Source of the DNA: an uncultured bacterium
GTDB taxonomy: Bacteria; Oederibacteriota; PGYV01; CAWJRG01
DNA length: 64,000 nt
Reading direction: 5' to 3'
Assembly: GCA_963845185.1 (NCBI GenBank)
Contig: CAWJRG010000006.1
Span: 32,709 to 96,708, forward strand
Shown: one piece after another, positions 1-9,851 of the stretch
Layout: each line of letters opens with the position of its first letter
Position numbering within the stretch: position 1 is the first letter of the stretch
The notes under the pieces: generated by a model
Database searches by the model: none
Told to the model about the DNA's origin: nothing
What the model saw: the letters and a program-made list of their open reading frames with translations, nothing else
Made by a program: the position numbers and the translations under genes

Positions 1-170
1 AAAATGATTGACATTTCCTATTTTTGATATATATTTGTCCAAAATAAATCCGTATAGCAATTGCAACGGATATTTCTTTTGGCACAGGAGTGCCTGATAT
101 TTGCTGAAAAATTCAAATTGAAAGTTATATTTTAAAAGGATGCTGAAATATTATTGAGGAGAAAAATTTT

Positions 171-2417
171 ATGAAGAAAGAAAATCTGATAAACCCGGAA
201 ATTTCTGAAAATGCCTTAACCGTGCTTAAGAGAAGGTATTTTATAAAAAACGACAAAGGCGATCCGATAGAGGATGCGAAAGATTTATTCTGGCGCGTCG
301 CGAATAATATTGCGCAGGCAGACGCGATTTATGACAAAAAGGCAGATATAGAAAAACAGGCTCTGGAATTCTATGATGTAATGGCAGGCCTTGATTTCCT
401 GCCGAACTCACCGACACTCATGAACGCCGGCAGGGATCTGCAGCAGCTTGCGGCTTGTTTTGTTTTGCCCATAGAGGATTCAATAGAAGAGATATTCGAA
501 GCGGTAAAATATGCTGCACTTATCCATAAAAGCGGCGGGGGAACCGGATTTTCTTTTTCACGTTTAAGGCCTAACAGGGACAAAGTCAAGACAACAAATG
601 GAATATCTTCGGGGCCGGTTTCTTTTCTGAAGGTTTTTAATGCGGCAACCGAAGCAATAAAGCAGGGCGGCACAAGGCGAGGCGCCAACATGGGCATACT
701 CAGGGTAGACCATCCGGATATAAAGGAGTTTATAACATCAAAAGCCGATAACAAGGAAATAAACAATTTTAACATATCTGTTGCTTTGACCGAAGATTTC
801 ATGCAGACGCTGCGCAATGGCAAAAAATACAGGCTTATAAACCCACGAAACGGCGAAACAGTGGCGGAAGAGGATGCCGAAGAGATTTTCAACATGATTA
901 TTGAATACGCATGGAAAAACGGAGAGCCTGGAATAGTTTTTATAGACAGAATAAACAAAGAAAACCCCACTCCAAATGCAGGTGAAATTGAAGCGACCAA
1001 CCCGTGCGGAGAACAGCCGTTGCTCGCCTATGAAGCCTGTAACCTCGGCTCAATCAATCTCGCCCATATGGTCACACCTGACAAAAAAATAAATTATGAC
1101 AAACTTTCAAAAACAGCGGCAATAGCAACTCGTTTCCTTGACAACGTCATTGATATGAGCAAATATCCCATGGAAAAGATAACCAATATGGTAAGAGCGA
1201 ACAGGAAAGTAGGAGTTGGCGTTATGGGATGGGCAGACATGTTAATACAGCTTGAAATTCCCTATGACTCTCAAGAAGCAATAAGGACAGGTGAAGAAGT
1301 AATGGCATTTATTCACAAGGAAGCTGAAAATGCTTCACTGGCAATTGCCAGACAGCGCAGTGTTTTTCCCAACTATAAAGGCTCCATTTATGATAAAAAG
1401 AATCTTAAATTAAGGAATTCAACCCTGACCACTGTAGCGCCAACAGGAACTTTAAGCATAATAGCGGGGTGTTCCTCCGGAATAGAGCCGATTTTTGCGG
1501 TTGCATATACAAAAAATGTAATGGATAACGACAAGCTGCCTGAAATTAACAATTATTTTCTTCAAACAGCAAGGCAAAGAGGTTTTTACAGCGATGAACT
1601 TATTAAGGAAATAAGCAAGACGGGGCATGTAACAGGAATTAAGGAAATACCGGACGATATAAAAAAGGTTTTTGTGACAGCCCACGATATAAAGCCGGAG
1701 TGGCATATTAAAATGCAGGCAGCCTTCCAGAAATCCACGGACAACGCCGTATCAAAAACCGTTAACTTCAGTAATAGCGCAACACAGGAAGACGTAAGAA
1801 AAGTTTATTTACTTGCCTACGAGCTTGGGTGCAAGGGCGTTACAATATACAGGGACGGCTCAAGGGAAGAGCAGGTATTGACAACATCGTTGTCCAGTAA
1901 AGAGCCGGCGAACATGCCGGTGTCAATGCAGTATCTCCATGAAATAGAGCCAAGGAAGAGGCCTGAAACAACCATAGGAAAGACAATAAAAATGAGGACA
2001 GGATGCGGAAATCTTTATGTGACAATAAACGAAGATGAAAACGGGCTTTGCGAAGTATTTACAGCCATGGGCAAGTCCGGAGGCTGCGCGGCAGCACAGT
2101 CAGAAGCAATAAGCAGGCTTGTTTCGGTGGCCTTAAGGGCAGGCGTAAAACCTGACGTATTAATAAAGCATTTGCGCGGCATAAGATGCCCGGCACCAGC
2201 ATGGCAAGAGGGCGGTATGGTACTGTCGTGCCCGGATGCAATAGGAATAGCGCTTGAAAAATACATACATGAAAAAAAGGAGGGTAACGAGAAATTTATA
2301 TTCAAACTTGTTGAAAAAGGAGCGGCAGGTGAAACATGCCCGGAATGCGGGGCTCATCTGGAACATGAGGGTGGATGCAATATATGTAAAATTTGTGGAT
2401 ATTCCAAATGCCTGTGA
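171..2417 (+). CDS. nrdJ: Class II (adenosylcobalamin-dependent) ribonucleotide reductase with C-terminal TSCPD/Zn-ribbon region
   Basis: PNSPTLMNAG, GGTRRGANM, TNPCGEQ catalytic loop, APTGT, KGVTIYRDG; C-terminal CPECG...CKICGYSKC; GAGGAG RBS. Confidence 0.95.
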   Translation: MKKENLINPEISENALTVLKRRYFIKNDKGDPIEDAKDLFWRVANNIAQADAIYDKKADIEKQALEFYDVMAGLDFLPNSPTLMNAGRDLQQLAACFVLPIEDSIEEIFEAVKYAALIHKSGGGTGFSFSRLRPNRDKVKTTNGISSGPVSFLKVFNAATEAIKQGGTRRGANMGILRVDHPDIKEFITSKADNKEINNFNISVALTEDFMQTLRNGKKYRLINPRNGETVAEEDAEEIFNMIIEYAWKNGEPGIVFIDRINKENPTPNAGEIEATNPCGEQPLLAYEACNLGSINLAHMVTPDKKINYDKLSKTAAIATRFLDNVIDMSKYPMEKITNMVRANRKVGVGVMGWADMLIQLEIPYDSQEAIRTGEEVMAFIHKEAENASLAIARQRSVFPNYKGSIYDKKNLKLRNSTLTTVAPTGTLSIIAGCSSGIEPIFAVAYTKNVMDNDKLPEINNYFLQTARQRGFYSDELIKEISKTGHVTGIKEIPDDIKKVFVTAHDIKPEWHIKMQAAFQKSTDNAVSKTVNFSNSATQEDVRKVYLLAYELGCKGVTIYRDGSREEQVLTTSLSSKEPANMPVSMQYLHEIEPRKRPETTIGKTIKMRTGCGNLYVTINEDENGLCEVFTAMGKSGGCAAAQSEAISRLVSVALRAGVKPDVLIKHLRGIRCPAPAWQEGGMVLSCPDAIGIALEKYIHEKKEGNEKFIFKLVEKGAAGETCPECGAHLEHEGGCNICKICGYSKCL

Positions 2418-2493
2418 TATAATATACTATATACATTGCCAAGCAAGAGTGGGCAAAGTAAAATTTTTAACCGTCAAATGAGGGAGGCAAAAA

Positions 2494-2940
2494 ATGAGTC
2501 TTGAAAGGGAAAAGGGGGAACTTTTGGTTCCCGGTTCGGAAAAGAGGGAATATCCCCGCTTGGCAATGCGCGTAAAAGTCAGGTACAGAATTCTTGACGG
2601 GGAAACGGCTCAAAAGGCGCTTACAAAAAATTTTGAAGCTGAAAAATTACTCGCCGAATACAATACAGGAGAATCTATTGATGTTTCCAAAACAGGGCTG
2701 CTTATGTTTACGGAAAAAGAAATCCCTCTGAAAAGTTACCTGGCAATCAATATGTATATTTCAATACCAGGCATAGCATGCGCATGCAGGGCGCTGGCTG
2801 AGGTAGTAAGACGGGAACGGGATGGGGATAATTTCAAGGTGGCGCTAAAGTTTTTGAAAGTCATGCATCACAACCTTAAAAACTATAAATTCGCAGCTTT
2901 ACAGACACTGTTGGATATAAAAGAACCAGGGATAGAGTAA
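2494..2940 (+). CDS. PilZ-domain (c-di-GMP receptor) protein 1
   Basis: RxxxR (REYPR) and DxSxxG (DVSKTG) motifs; GGAGG RBS. Confidence 0.85.
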   Translation: MSLEREKGELLVPGSEKREYPRLAMRVKVRYRILDGETAQKALTKNFEAEKLLAEYNTGESIDVSKTGLLMFTEKEIPLKSYLAINMYISIPGIACACRALAEVVRRERDGDNFKVALKFLKVMHHNLKNYKFAALQTLLDIKEPGIE

Positions 2941-3008
2941 ATTTAAATATTATTTTTCATGTAATATACTTATAATTTAATCCAAAACAAAAATGAGGAA
3001 AAGAACAC

Positions 3009-3464
3009 ATGGAGAAAGAAAAAAAAGAAGGAGAACTTTTACTGCCTGAAGAGAGAAGGGAATATCCAAGGGTAGCCATGACTATTAAAATTTTATACAG
3101 GATACTCGATGGTTCGGACGAAGATCAGAATTTAATAAAAAATTTTAACGCTGAAACAATATTGACACATTACAAAGAAGGAGAATCAGTAAATCTCTCC
3201 AAATCGGGCATTCTTATGTTTACAGACGAGGAGATAAAAATAAAGAATTTTGTTTCGACCAGCATGTACATACCACTGCCTGGTTTTTCCTGCAATGTAA
3301 GAGCACTGGCTGAAGTTGTTAGATGCGACAAGGATGAAAAAAAAGGAAAATATCTTGTTGCCCTGAAGTTCTTAAAATTGCTGCATCACAACCTGAACAA
3401 GTTTAAGTATGTTTCGTTAAAGGATATACTTGCTATTGACGGAGAGAATATTAAAATAGACTGA
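3009..3464 (+). CDS. PilZ-domain protein 2
   Basis: REYPR and NLSKSG motifs; paralog of both neighbours. Confidence 0.85.
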   Translation: MEKEKKEGELLLPEERREYPRVAMTIKILYRILDGSDEDQNLIKNFNAETILTHYKEGESVNLSKSGILMFTDEEIKIKNFVSTSMYIPLPGFSCNVRALAEVVRCDKDEKKGKYLVALKFLKLLHHNLNKFKYVSLKDILAIDGENIKID

Positions 3465-3489
3465 ATATTTTTTTAGGGAGGGTGCGAAA

Positions 3490-3972
3490 ATGGCAGATGA
3501 ACAAAAGGGTGAAGAAAAAGAGGCAAAAAGCGCTGAATTAATAATTTCAGGCGAGCGCAGGATATATCCCCGAATTGCTCTTACTGTCCCAGTTAAATAC
3601 AGTATAGTAAAGGAAGCGGAACCTGCCGAAGCTGAGCAGGATGAACTGCTGCAAAAAGGTTTGGATAATATTTATTCAGACAAATACGCTGCAACGCAAA
3701 CAGTAAATATAAGTACAGGCGGATTACTTATAACAACGGATGATTTAATCAAACCTAAAACGACATTGCACCTTACCATGTATATACCCCTTCCAGGGAT
3801 AGCATGCAACTGTTCAATACTTGGGGAAGTAGTAAGGTGTGAAAAAACAGAAAAGGGCTATAATACAGGCATAAAATTTATCAAGATTATCCATCATAAC
3901 CTTAACAAGTATAAATATGCCACATTAAAGGATATTTTAAAAATAGATGGACCGAAATTCAGGATGGATTAA
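3490..3972 (+). CDS. PilZ-domain protein 3
   Basis: RIYPR and NISTGG motifs; GGAGG RBS. Confidence 0.85.
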   Translation: MADEQKGEEKEAKSAELIISGERRIYPRIALTVPVKYSIVKEAEPAEAEQDELLQKGLDNIYSDKYAATQTVNISTGGLLITTDDLIKPKTTLHLTMYIPLPGIACNCSILGEVVRCEKTEKGYNTGIKFIKIIHHNLNKYKYATLKDILKIDGPKFRMD

Positions 3973-3997
3973 TAATTCATCTTTTAAATGCTTTTTT

Positions 3998-4009
3998 GGG
4001 GGGGGGGGG
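3998..4009 (+). repeat. Poly-G homopolymer (12 G) following T6
   Basis: Read directly: cttttttggggggggggggc. Confidence 0.9.
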
Positions 4010-4344
4010 CAATAAAACCTTTTAAATCAGCCTATTTTAAGCATTTGTTAAGTTTAATGCTAGATTTTATCATCAGTATAAATAAAGGTTTTGTATTGAA
4101 GATTTTCTGGCAGCGGCTACAAGGGTTTAATAAGAAAAAAGCAAAAGCATGCGAAAAAAAGGGATTAAAATGGAAAATGGCTGTAAAACAATTAGGAAAA
4201 ATTAATTTATACTACTTTAATGCAGACAATGCCTCAGGTGTTTTTAATATTGACAAAATATCTGAAAGTAGTATATACTATTAAATATATATAATGAAAA
4301 TGAGAAATATGTGCGAAATATTACTTTTTAAGGAGGAGCTTGAT

Positions 4345-4650
4345 ATGGGCATGACGCAGCCAGAAGCAATCGCAGAGAGGTTAAGAGCTGAAGCAAAAAG
4401 ACTTTATCCTGGGGTATTGGTAAGAGTTTCACTAGAAGCATTTCCCAATGATGACGGAGCGGATATATATATTTATGCTCCAAGAAAATATTCTGATATG
4501 CTGTTATCAAGATTAAAAACAGCCAGGCAGCAATTTGTAAAAAACACCAAAGTTGACGTAACGAAATTACGTATCATAATGGAAGACGCTGAAAATATGT
4601 CAGCGGAACTAAAACAGAGGTTACTAGCGGAACAGGGAGGAACACAATAG
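4345..4650 (+). CDS. Hypothetical protein (about 101 aa)
   Basis: ORF 4294-4650; AAGGAGG RBS points to the ATG at 4345; TTGACA promoter at 4250; first gene of the operon with the M23 peptidase and bactofilin. Confidence 0.65.
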   Translation: MGMTQPEAIAERLRAEAKRLYPGVLVRVSLEAFPNDDGADIYIYAPRKYSDMLLSRLKTARQQFVKNTKVDVTKLRIIMEDAENMSAELKQRLLAEQGGTQ

Positions 4651-4684
4651 TTTTACAAGTTACAGGAGAAAGGTTGTTGTTAGA

Positions 4685-5608
4685 ATGAAAAAATTTAAAA
4701 GAAAAAAGCACATTACAGTTTTATGTGTCCCTGACGACAGTTCAAGAGTGTTTAGCGTTAAAATGAGAAGTTTTGTTTTTTATTCACTGGCAATTTTGTG
4801 GCTAGTCGGGCTTGCATTTTCTATATTTATTATTTCCCGCCATACTAATTACAGAGCAACCCTTGAATATAATAAATACCTTATTAATAAAAACAGAGAA
4901 TTCGCAAAAGACGTTTTAGACATGAAGGAAACAGTCGATAGGGTAGCTCAAATAGACAAACAAATGAGAGAACTTTTACAGCTTAAGAGCAAGAATGGGA
5001 TGATAAAATACACGGGGTTGGGCGGGCCATCCTACGTTGACGACGCGAGCATGCTTGAAAAATGCTTAAAAAACGAAAAAGATACAATAAGCAAAAGCGC
5101 GTTTGACCTTGCTGTAAAATGCGTTAACGAGAAAGCAAAAGATAAAGAAAAAAGTTTTCAGGAAATTATAAAATACATAACGGACCAGAGAGCAAAATTG
5201 ACCGCGGTGCCTGCCGGCTGGCCTTTAAAAGGCTGGATTACAAGCGGATTTGGCTCGCGGCTTGACCCTTTTACCGGTGCTTTGACTTTTCACGAAGGCG
5301 TTGATATAGTCAATGACCTTGGAACTCCGGTAAAAGCAACTGCCGATGGAGTGATCAGTACAGCAGGATGGGAAAAAAGCTTTGGATATGTTGTCGCAAT
5401 TAATCACGGCAATGGTTATTCCACGAGATATGGACATCTTCTTAAATATAGCTGCAGTTTGGGGCAGTGCGTTAAAAAAGGACAGGTTATAGGATACCTC
5501 GGAAATTCGGGGCGCAGCACGGCACCACATCTGCACTATGAAGTCCGACTGAACGGTGTCGCAGTTAATCCGGTAAAATATCTCAACAAAGAAATTGCTT
5601 TAAAGTAA
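4685..5608 (+). CDS. M23-family (LytM) peptidoglycan endopeptidase with N-terminal TM helix and coiled coil
   Basis: HEGVD and STAPHLHYEV zinc motifs; ITSGFGSR. Confidence 0.92.
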   Translation: MKKFKRKKHITVLCVPDDSSRVFSVKMRSFVFYSLAILWLVGLAFSIFIISRHTNYRATLEYNKYLINKNREFAKDVLDMKETVDRVAQIDKQMRELLQLKSKNGMIKYTGLGGPSYVDDASMLEKCLKNEKDTISKSAFDLAVKCVNEKAKDKEKSFQEIIKYITDQRAKLTAVPAGWPLKGWITSGFGSRLDPFTGALTFHEGVDIVNDLGTPVKATADGVISTAGWEKSFGYVVAINHGNGYSTRYGHLLKYSCSLGQCVKKGQVIGYLGNSGRSTAPHLHYEVRLNGVAVNPVKYLNKEIALK

Positions 5609-5618
5609 AAGGAGAAAA

Positions 5619-5969
5619 ATGCTCGGCAGCATGGAAACACTAATAGGTAAGGATTGTGAAACAAAGGGGAATATATATTCCAAAGGAAATATAAGAATAG
5701 ACGGTAAAATTGAAGGCAATATTCAGAGTGAAGAAAACGTAATTATGGGAGAAAACGCGTCAATCAAAGGAAATGTTTATGGTAAACATCTCACAATAGG
5801 GGGAAAAATAATCGGCGATGTCACAGCTAAGGCAAAACTTGAGATTCTAAATACAGGAAAAATATACGGGGATATAAAAACACCAAGGCTAATAATGGCG
5901 GAAGGCGTAATTTTTGAAGGCAACTGCGAAATGGAAAAAATAATAGAAGAAACAACGCCTAAAAAATAA
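5619..5969 (+). CDS. Bactofilin (polymer-forming cytoskeletal protein)
   Basis: TLIG...IRIDGKIEG...GVIFEGNCEM beta-helix repeats; typical M23-bactofilin gene pairing. Confidence 0.92.
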   Translation: MLGSMETLIGKDCETKGNIYSKGNIRIDGKIEGNIQSEENVIMGENASIKGNVYGKHLTIGGKIIGDVTAKAKLEILNTGKIYGDIKTPRLIMAEGVIFEGNCEMEKIIEETTPKK

Positions 5970-6088
5970 ATTGATTCTTTATATTTATATATCCGAAGAC
6001 AGGGATAAAACAAAAATTTATTATTGTTTACTATAATTTAAGATATTCTTAAAAATCAAAATACTACCTTCCGGTTTATATAATGCCT

Positions 6089-6117
6089 TTGACAATTAGC
6101 GCACACGGTAATATAAT
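6089..6117 (+). promoter_or_regulatory. Sigma70 promoter of gltX
   Basis: TTGACA-17 nt-TATAAT, perfect consensus. Confidence 0.8.
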
Positions 6118-6192
6118 TAAACAAAAATAAATACTAGAAAAATTTTATTTTTATAAAATTATATTTGGTGAAAATAAGGAGACGGATAAACA

Positions 6193-7632
6193 ATGGTTAG
6201 AGTAAGATTTGCACCAAGTCCGACTGGGTATTTGCATATAGGAGGTGCTCGTACGGCGCTTTATAATTATTTGTTCGCAAAAAAGAACAAAGGTAAATTC
6301 ATATTGCGGATAGAAGACACCGACGCGGAGAGGTCCACCGAAGAATCGCTAAATACCATACTTGACTCATTGCGTTGGATGGGGCTTGACTGGGACGAGG
6401 GACCGGGAGTGGGTGGAGAACACGGGCCATATTTCCAAACGCAAAGGATAAAAATTTATACGGAGTACGCCGAAAAACTTTTAAAAGAAGGTAAGGCATA
6501 TAAATGTTTCTGCACAAAGGAAGAACTTGACGCAGAAAGAAAAAAAGCAGAAAGCCAAAAGAGAGCTTTTAAATACGACGGCAGGTGCAAGAACCTTTCG
6601 GCTACAGAAGCAGAAAAAAAAGAAGCAGAAGGCAAACGCTGTACTATACGAATAAAAATCGACAGCGAAGGCGAAACTATAATTAACGACATTATAAGGG
6701 GCGAGGTGAGATTTCAAAATTCCGTTCTTGACGACATGATAATCATAAGGGCAGACGGCATGCCTGTTTATAATTTTACGGTTGCTATCGATGACGCACT
6801 GATGAAAATAACGCATGTAATAAGAGGTGAGGACCATCTTTCCAATACGCCGAAACAGGTGCATATTTACAAGGCGCTCGGATTTAATTTGCCTTTTTTT
6901 GCACACATACCTTTGATCCTAGGTCCGGATAAATCAAAATTGTCAAAAAGGCACGGCGAAACAAGCGTAGCCGAATACAGAAAAAAAGGTTATTTAAAAG
7001 AGGCTCTTTTGAATTATCTCGCTATGCTAGGCTGGTCAGCGGAATCGGGCGAGGATGTATTATCAATGGAACAACTCGTAGAAAAATTCGATCTTGACAG
7101 GGTTCATAAAGCAGGGGCAATGTTTGATAACCAGAAATTACTTTGGATGAACGGGGTTTATATCAGGAATACCAATATTGATGAACTGACAAGACTGTGT
7201 GTGCCATATTTGAAAGATTCGGGATTAATAACAGATGGTGATATTAAAGACAAATATGATTATATAAAACGAGTCGTTTTGCTGCAACAGGAAAAAATAA
7301 AAACACTGTCGGAAGTTGTTGAGCTTTCAGCCTATTTTTTTAAGCAGGAAATAGATTTCGATGAAAAGGCAAAAGAAGTAATAGAAAAAACAGAAAATAA
7401 GAGCAAAGTGCTTGAAATATTTAAAAACGTTATAGACACTGTTGGTGTTGATAAAAATAAATTGGAAGAGAGTTTAAAAGTGGATATGGAAACAGCTGGT
7501 ATAAAACCAAAAATATATATGCACCTGATTAGGGCAGTTATTTCCGGAACTACCGCAGGTCCGGGGTTATTTGATATTATAGAAACATTGGGTAAAGATG
7601 TAGTATTGGACAGAGCAGGAAGATTTTTGTAA
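6193..7632 (+). CDS. gltX: Glutamate--tRNA ligase
   Basis: RFAPSPTGYLHIG (HIGH) and KLSKR (KMSKS) motifs. Confidence 0.97.
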   Translation: MVRVRFAPSPTGYLHIGGARTALYNYLFAKKNKGKFILRIEDTDAERSTEESLNTILDSLRWMGLDWDEGPGVGGEHGPYFQTQRIKIYTEYAEKLLKEGKAYKCFCTKEELDAERKKAESQKRAFKYDGRCKNLSATEAEKKEAEGKRCTIRIKIDSEGETIINDIIRGEVRFQNSVLDDMIIIRADGMPVYNFTVAIDDALMKITHVIRGEDHLSNTPKQVHIYKALGFNLPFFAHIPLILGPDKSKLSKRHGETSVAEYRKKGYLKEALLNYLAMLGWSAESGEDVLSMEQLVEKFDLDRVHKAGAMFDNQKLLWMNGVYIRNTNIDELTRLCVPYLKDSGLITDGDIKDKYDYIKRVVLLQQEKIKTLSEVVELSAYFFKQEIDFDEKAKEVIEKTENKSKVLEIFKNVIDTVGVDKNKLEESLKVDMETAGIKPKIYMHLIRAVISGTTAGPGLFDIIETLGKDVVLDRAGRFL

Positions 7633-7678
7633 TACAGCGTAATGCCGACATAATTATGTAAATACTGAAAGGAATAAA

Positions 7679-7978
7679 ATGAAAAAAATTATTGTTAGCA
7701 GCATTATTTTGCTTTTTGTATGCCAGCCTATTTTTGCCGACGCGATATTTAAGAAAAATGGAGAGGTAATAGAAGGGAAAATAGTGGCAGAAACCCAGAC
7801 GGAGATAGGAATAAAAACACTAGATAAGTCCTTTTTTGTAAAAAAAGATGAAATTGAAAGACTTGTATATTCGCCGGCAGAAGAGAATAAGCCGTTTATC
7901 GACTGGCCAATTGTAATTCCCGGGGTGATATGCGCGGCATTGTTTTTATTTGTATTATTTTGGCACCAGACATTATGA
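7679..7978 (+). CDS. Small exported protein with C-terminal membrane anchor
   Basis: Signal peptide; D.I.KKNG.VIEGKI small beta domain; hydrophobic C-terminus. Confidence 0.7.
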   Translation: MKKIIVSSIILLFVCQPIFADAIFKKNGEVIEGKIVAETQTEIGIKTLDKSFFVKKDEIERLVYSPAEENKPFIDWPIVIPGVICAALFLFVLFWHQTL

Positions 7979-8046
7979 AATTTAAATTTGAAGTGATTGA
8001 TGTTGTTTTGCCCTTGCGCACTTTTTTAGTATAATCCCGACTATAA

Positions 8047-9849
8047 TTATTCTACTTTGAGTATTGCCAAAAATGCTTCCTGCGGAATTTCTACGGAACC
8101 AATTTGTTTCATACGTTTTTTGCCTTCTTTTTGTTTTTCCAGCAATTTTCTTTTCCTTGTAATATCGCCGCCGTAACATTTTGCGAGCACATTTTTTCTC
8201 ATGGCACGGACATCCTCGCGTGCTATTATACTGCCGCCTATCGCGGCCTGAATAGGCACAACGAACATCTGGCGGGGGATTACTTCCTTTAATTTCTCAC
8301 ATAAGGCTTTTGCCTTACTGAAGGCAAAATCTTCATGTGTGATAAAGGACAGGGAATCGACTTTTTCGGCATTTACAAGTATGTCCACTTTTTTTAGATT
8401 GCCTGGCCTGTAATCTATAATTTCGTAATCCATAGAGGCATAGCCCTTTGACACAGATTTTAATTTGTCGTAAAAATCCCATATTATTTCGGATAATGGG
8501 AGTTCGTAGGTAAGCAAAGCACGGTTGACCGATAAATATTCTGTGTTCTGATAAATCCCGCGCCTGCCCTGGCACAGTTGCATCAGGCTACCGACATATT
8601 CCGAAGGGGTTATTATCGAAAGCCTTACATAAGGCTCTTCAATTATGGATATACGGCCCGCGTCCGGAAATTTTGACGGGCTATCGCACATATAGACTTC
8701 TTCATTCCCGGTTATTATTTTATACTCAACGTTTGGCGCCGTGGCAATCAGGTTCAGGTTATATTCGCGTTCAAGGCGTTCCTGGACTATTTCCATATGC
8801 AATAATCCCAAAAAACCACAGCGGTATCCAAAGCCAAGGGCATCGGAAGACTCGGGCTCGTAAAATAATGACGAGTCGTTTAACTGCAGTTTTTGCAGGG
8901 CATCTTTCAGTTCGTTATACTGCTCGGAAATGACGGGGAATAAGCCACAAAAAACCATTGGCTTCACTTCTTTATAGCCTGGTAGCGCAATATCACAGGA
9001 TTTATTTTTTTCGGTAATAGTATCTCCGATTTTTACATCGATTAAGTTTCTTATTCCGGCAACTATGTAACCAACTTCGCCTGCTTTTAACTCGTCGGCG
9101 TCGAGCATGCCGGGCTTGAATATGCCGATGTTTGTCACTTCCCAGTTTGTATTTGACGCCATCATATGTATAGCAAAGCCTTTTTTTATTATGCCGTCAT
9201 ATAAGCGTACAAAAACTATGACGCCTTTGTAATAATCGAAAGTGGCATCCATTACAAGAGCTTTTAAAGGAGCGTTTGGGTCCCCTTTGGGCGAGGGAAT
9301 CCTTTTTATGATTGCTTCAAGTATTTTTTCTATGCCTATACCTTCCTTGGCGCTGGCAAGAATCGAATCTTCAGCAGGCAGGCTTAGGAGTTCCTCAAGC
9401 TGGATTTTTACGTTGTCGGGGTTAGCACTGGGCATGTCAATTTTATTTATGACGGGTATTAAAAAAACATTATGGTTTATCGCTATATGGGCGTTTGCCA
9501 TTGTCTGTGCCTCGACACCCTGCGTGGCATCAATAACCAGCAAAGCACCTTCCGAGGCTATCAAACTGCGTGAAACTTCATAGGAAAAGTCAACATGGCC
9601 GGGCGTGTCTATGAGATTTAAAGTATAATTATGGTTTTCAAAAGTGTATTTAAGCTGTACGGCCTTTGCCTTGATTGTAATGCCTCGCTCACGCTCCAGG
9701 TCCATGCTGTCAAGAACCTGTTCTTTCATTTTCCTTTTCTCTATCGTATGCGTGATGTCGAGCAGCCGGTCGGCGAGCGTGGACTTGCCATGATCAATAT
9801 GAGCAATTATGCTGAAATTCCGGATATATTCTAAATATGAATTGTCCAT
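8047..9849 (-). CDS. lepA: Elongation factor 4 (LepA)
   Basis: [53 protein letters not shown]. Confidence 0.98.
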   Translation of the reverse strand: MDNSYLEYIRNFSIIAHIDHGKSTLADRLLDITHTIEKRKMKEQVLDSMDLERERGITIKAKAVQLKYTFENHNYTLNLIDTPGHVDFSYEVSRSLIASEGALLVIDATQGVEAQTMANAHIAINHNVFLIPVINKIDMPSANPDNVKIQLEELLSLPAEDSILASAKEGIGIEKILEAIIKRIPSPKGDPNAPLKALVMDATFDYYKGVIVFVRLYDGIIKKGFAIHMMASNTNWEVTNIGIFKPGMLDADELKAGEVGYIVAGIRNLIDVKIGDTITEKNKSCDIALPGYKEVKPMVFCGLFPVISEQYNELKDALQKLQLNDSSLFYEPESSDALGFGYRCGFLGLLHMEIVQERLEREYNLNLIATAPNVEYKIITGNEEVYMCDSPSKFPDAGRISIIEEPYVRLSIITPSEYVGSLMQLCQGRRGIYQNTEYLSVNRALLTYELPLSEIIWDFYDKLKSVSKGYASMDYEIIDYRPGNLKKVDILVNAEKVDSLSFITHEDFAFSKAKALCEKLKEVIPRQMFVVPIQAAIGGSIIAREDVRAMRKNVLAKCYGGDITRKRKLLEKQKEGKKRMKQIGSVEIPQEAFLAILKVE

Positions 9850-9851
9850 AT

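Noticed and set aside
80-94. Sigma54 promoter TGGCAC...TGC upstream of nrdJ
   Set aside because: The GG-to-GC spacing is 9 nt rather than the required 10; better explained as a hairpin
3988-4284. 98-aa ORF starting MLFWGGG
   Set aside because: It runs through the poly-G tract and promoter DNA, has no RBS and has an intergenic-like composition
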